In this document: positions 63,167 through 64,000 of the stretch, one piece after another
How the letters are laid out: the number at the start of each line of letters is the position of its first letter
Position numbering within the stretch: the first letter of the stretch is position 1
Virus record (IMG/VR): IMGVR_UViG_3300027733_000050
Span: 1 to 64,000 of that record
Reading direction: 5' to 3' (one strand)
DNA: 64,000 nucleotides
Source of the DNA: a virus
Notes under the pieces: generated by a model
What the model was told of the DNA's origin: nothing
Seen by the model: the letters and a program-made list of their open reading frames with translations, nothing else
The model's database searches: none
Position numbers and translations under genes: made by a program

Positions 63167-63688
63167 ATGGAAGTAAGAACAACAGTAGTTTTTGATCAGG
63201 AAGAGTACCTGAGCTTAAAAAAGCGTAGCGGTGAGCTTAACATGTCAGTAAGCAGATTCCTTAGGTATCTGTACTCGACTTATGGCGAAAGACCGATTAA
63301 CAAGTCAAGGAGCCGACTTAAAAGGATTAGCGGCAACATTACCAACAGGGATCTTAGGAAGATCTTAAAGACATGCCCTGAGTATTCCAACATCGAAACC
63401 TTTAGCCCGATTGGAAATGGGGTAAGGTTTAAGGAACTGAAGGATGGTGTTTACACCACGCACCTGGGCGATGTGTACAGACACAGCTTGGGGGGTGGCG
63501 GATATTGCTACACCAAGAAAAGGTACTTCAACCCAGAGAACAACGATGAGGTAACCCACCATTACAAGAAGAAGTACCCACACGAGCTATTCTTCTACGG
63601 ACAGAAGGGCAAGGCATTCGCAGCCGTTCTTTATGGAGAGAGCTTTGACTATTCCTTGGAATCATTTAAAAACATATTAGAAAAATGA
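63167..63688 (+). CDS. ribbon-helix-helix (CopG/Arc-like) N-terminal domain protein (173 aa)
   Basis: TTVVFDQEEYLSLKKRSGELNMSVSRFLRYL = beta strand plus two helices of an RHH fold; C-terminal domain unknown. Confidence 0.45.
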   Translation: MEVRTTVVFDQEEYLSLKKRSGELNMSVSRFLRYLYSTYGERPINKSRSRLKRISGNITNRDLRKILKTCPEYSNIETFSPIGNGVRFKELKDGVYTTHLGDVYRHSLGGGGYCYTKKRYFNPENNDEVTHHYKKKYPHELFFYGQKGKAFAAVLYGESFDYSLESFKNILEK

Positions 63689-63891
63689 ACACCAAAAAAA
63701 GATCATTGGCAAAGACTGTAACATACCGACTGATTAGTTCTGCTATAGGATTTGTGGTTGTTTGGATGTTATCTGACAACGTAAAGACTGGGGCCATGTT
63801 TTCACTGGCCGAAGTTATTTATAAACCGTTGCAATACTATATCCACGAAAGGGTATGGCAGCATGTAAAATGGGGGAAGAATGATGAATAA
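63685..63891 (+). CDS. small membrane protein (68 aa)
   Basis: ORF track; hydrophobic helix LISSAIGFVVVWML. Confidence 0.4.
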   Translation: MNTKKRSLAKTVTYRLISSAIGFVVVWMLSDNVKTGAMFSLAEVIYKPLQYYIHERVWQHVKWGKNDE

Positions 63892-64000
63892 AATATTAAT
63901 ACTCTTACTATTGATTTGTAGTAATGTACATGCCCAAAAAGTAAAGCACTGGTCTTTTGGCCCTCAGCTTGGTTATACTTATGTAACTCAGACACAAAGA
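63881..64000 (+). CDS. 5' end of a secreted outer-membrane beta-barrel-like protein gene (partial), host-like
   Basis: MMNKILILLLLICSNVHAQ signal peptide then KVKHWSFGPQLGYTYV, typical of Bacteroidetes OM beta-barrel (OmpA-like/porin family) N-termini; runs off the window. Confidence 0.35.
   Translation, partial: MMNKILILLLLICSNVHAQKVKHWSFGPQLGYTYVTQTQR

Noticed and set aside
1-64000. CRISPR array
   Set aside because: No series of equal-length direct repeats with unique spacers; repeat clusters at 51222-51303 and 61890-62520 are short iterons with 9-25 bp spacing, not 28-37-bp repeats with about 30-bp spacers

Overview
This window is almost entirely a tailed-phage genome or prophage: AT-rich, densely packed, with no Shine-Dalgarno sequences upstream of most genes and typical lipoprotein signals, consistent with a Bacteroidetes host (inference). 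From 1 to 4.3 kb on the + strand there are auxiliary genes (lysine-rich micro-proteins, a lipoprotein cytochrome c, an HNH nuclease, a metallophosphoesterase, a T4-like dNMP kinase and an SPFH/band-7 protein) followed by a VRR-NUC nuclease on the minus strand. From 4.8 to 44.7 kb the + strand carries the late/virion module: large terminase, portal, scaffold, major capsid protein, strong terminators, many structural ORFs, a 1571-aa fibre-like protein, a protein with FN3-like repeats, 1779-aa and 2914-aa giant proteins with a ferritin gene between them, and a holin/lipoprotein/GH24 lysozyme lysis cassette. From 44.7 to 61.8 kb the minus strand carries a RecB-like PD-(D/E)XK nuclease plus RecT, a small serine recombinase next to a degenerate tRNA-like element, an M15 peptidase with membrane and secreted proteins, a PAPS-reductase-like PP-loop protein, an iteron-bearing intergenic region, an AP2-domain protein and a long run of small acidic early genes, eleven of which are preceded by the same TTTAACCCCTTAAAA-type motif. 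From 61.8 to 63.2 kb there is a repeat-rich, GC-enriched non-coding region. The right edge has a ribbon-helix-helix (RHH) gene with palindromic operators and a host-like outer-membrane beta-barrel gene. The most novel candidates are the 2914-aa modular giant protein, which carries a recurrent ISFR peptide, a GNAT-like module and an HExxH module, the paralogous HExxH module in the 1779-aa protein, the virion-module ferritin, and the motif-driven early gene block.
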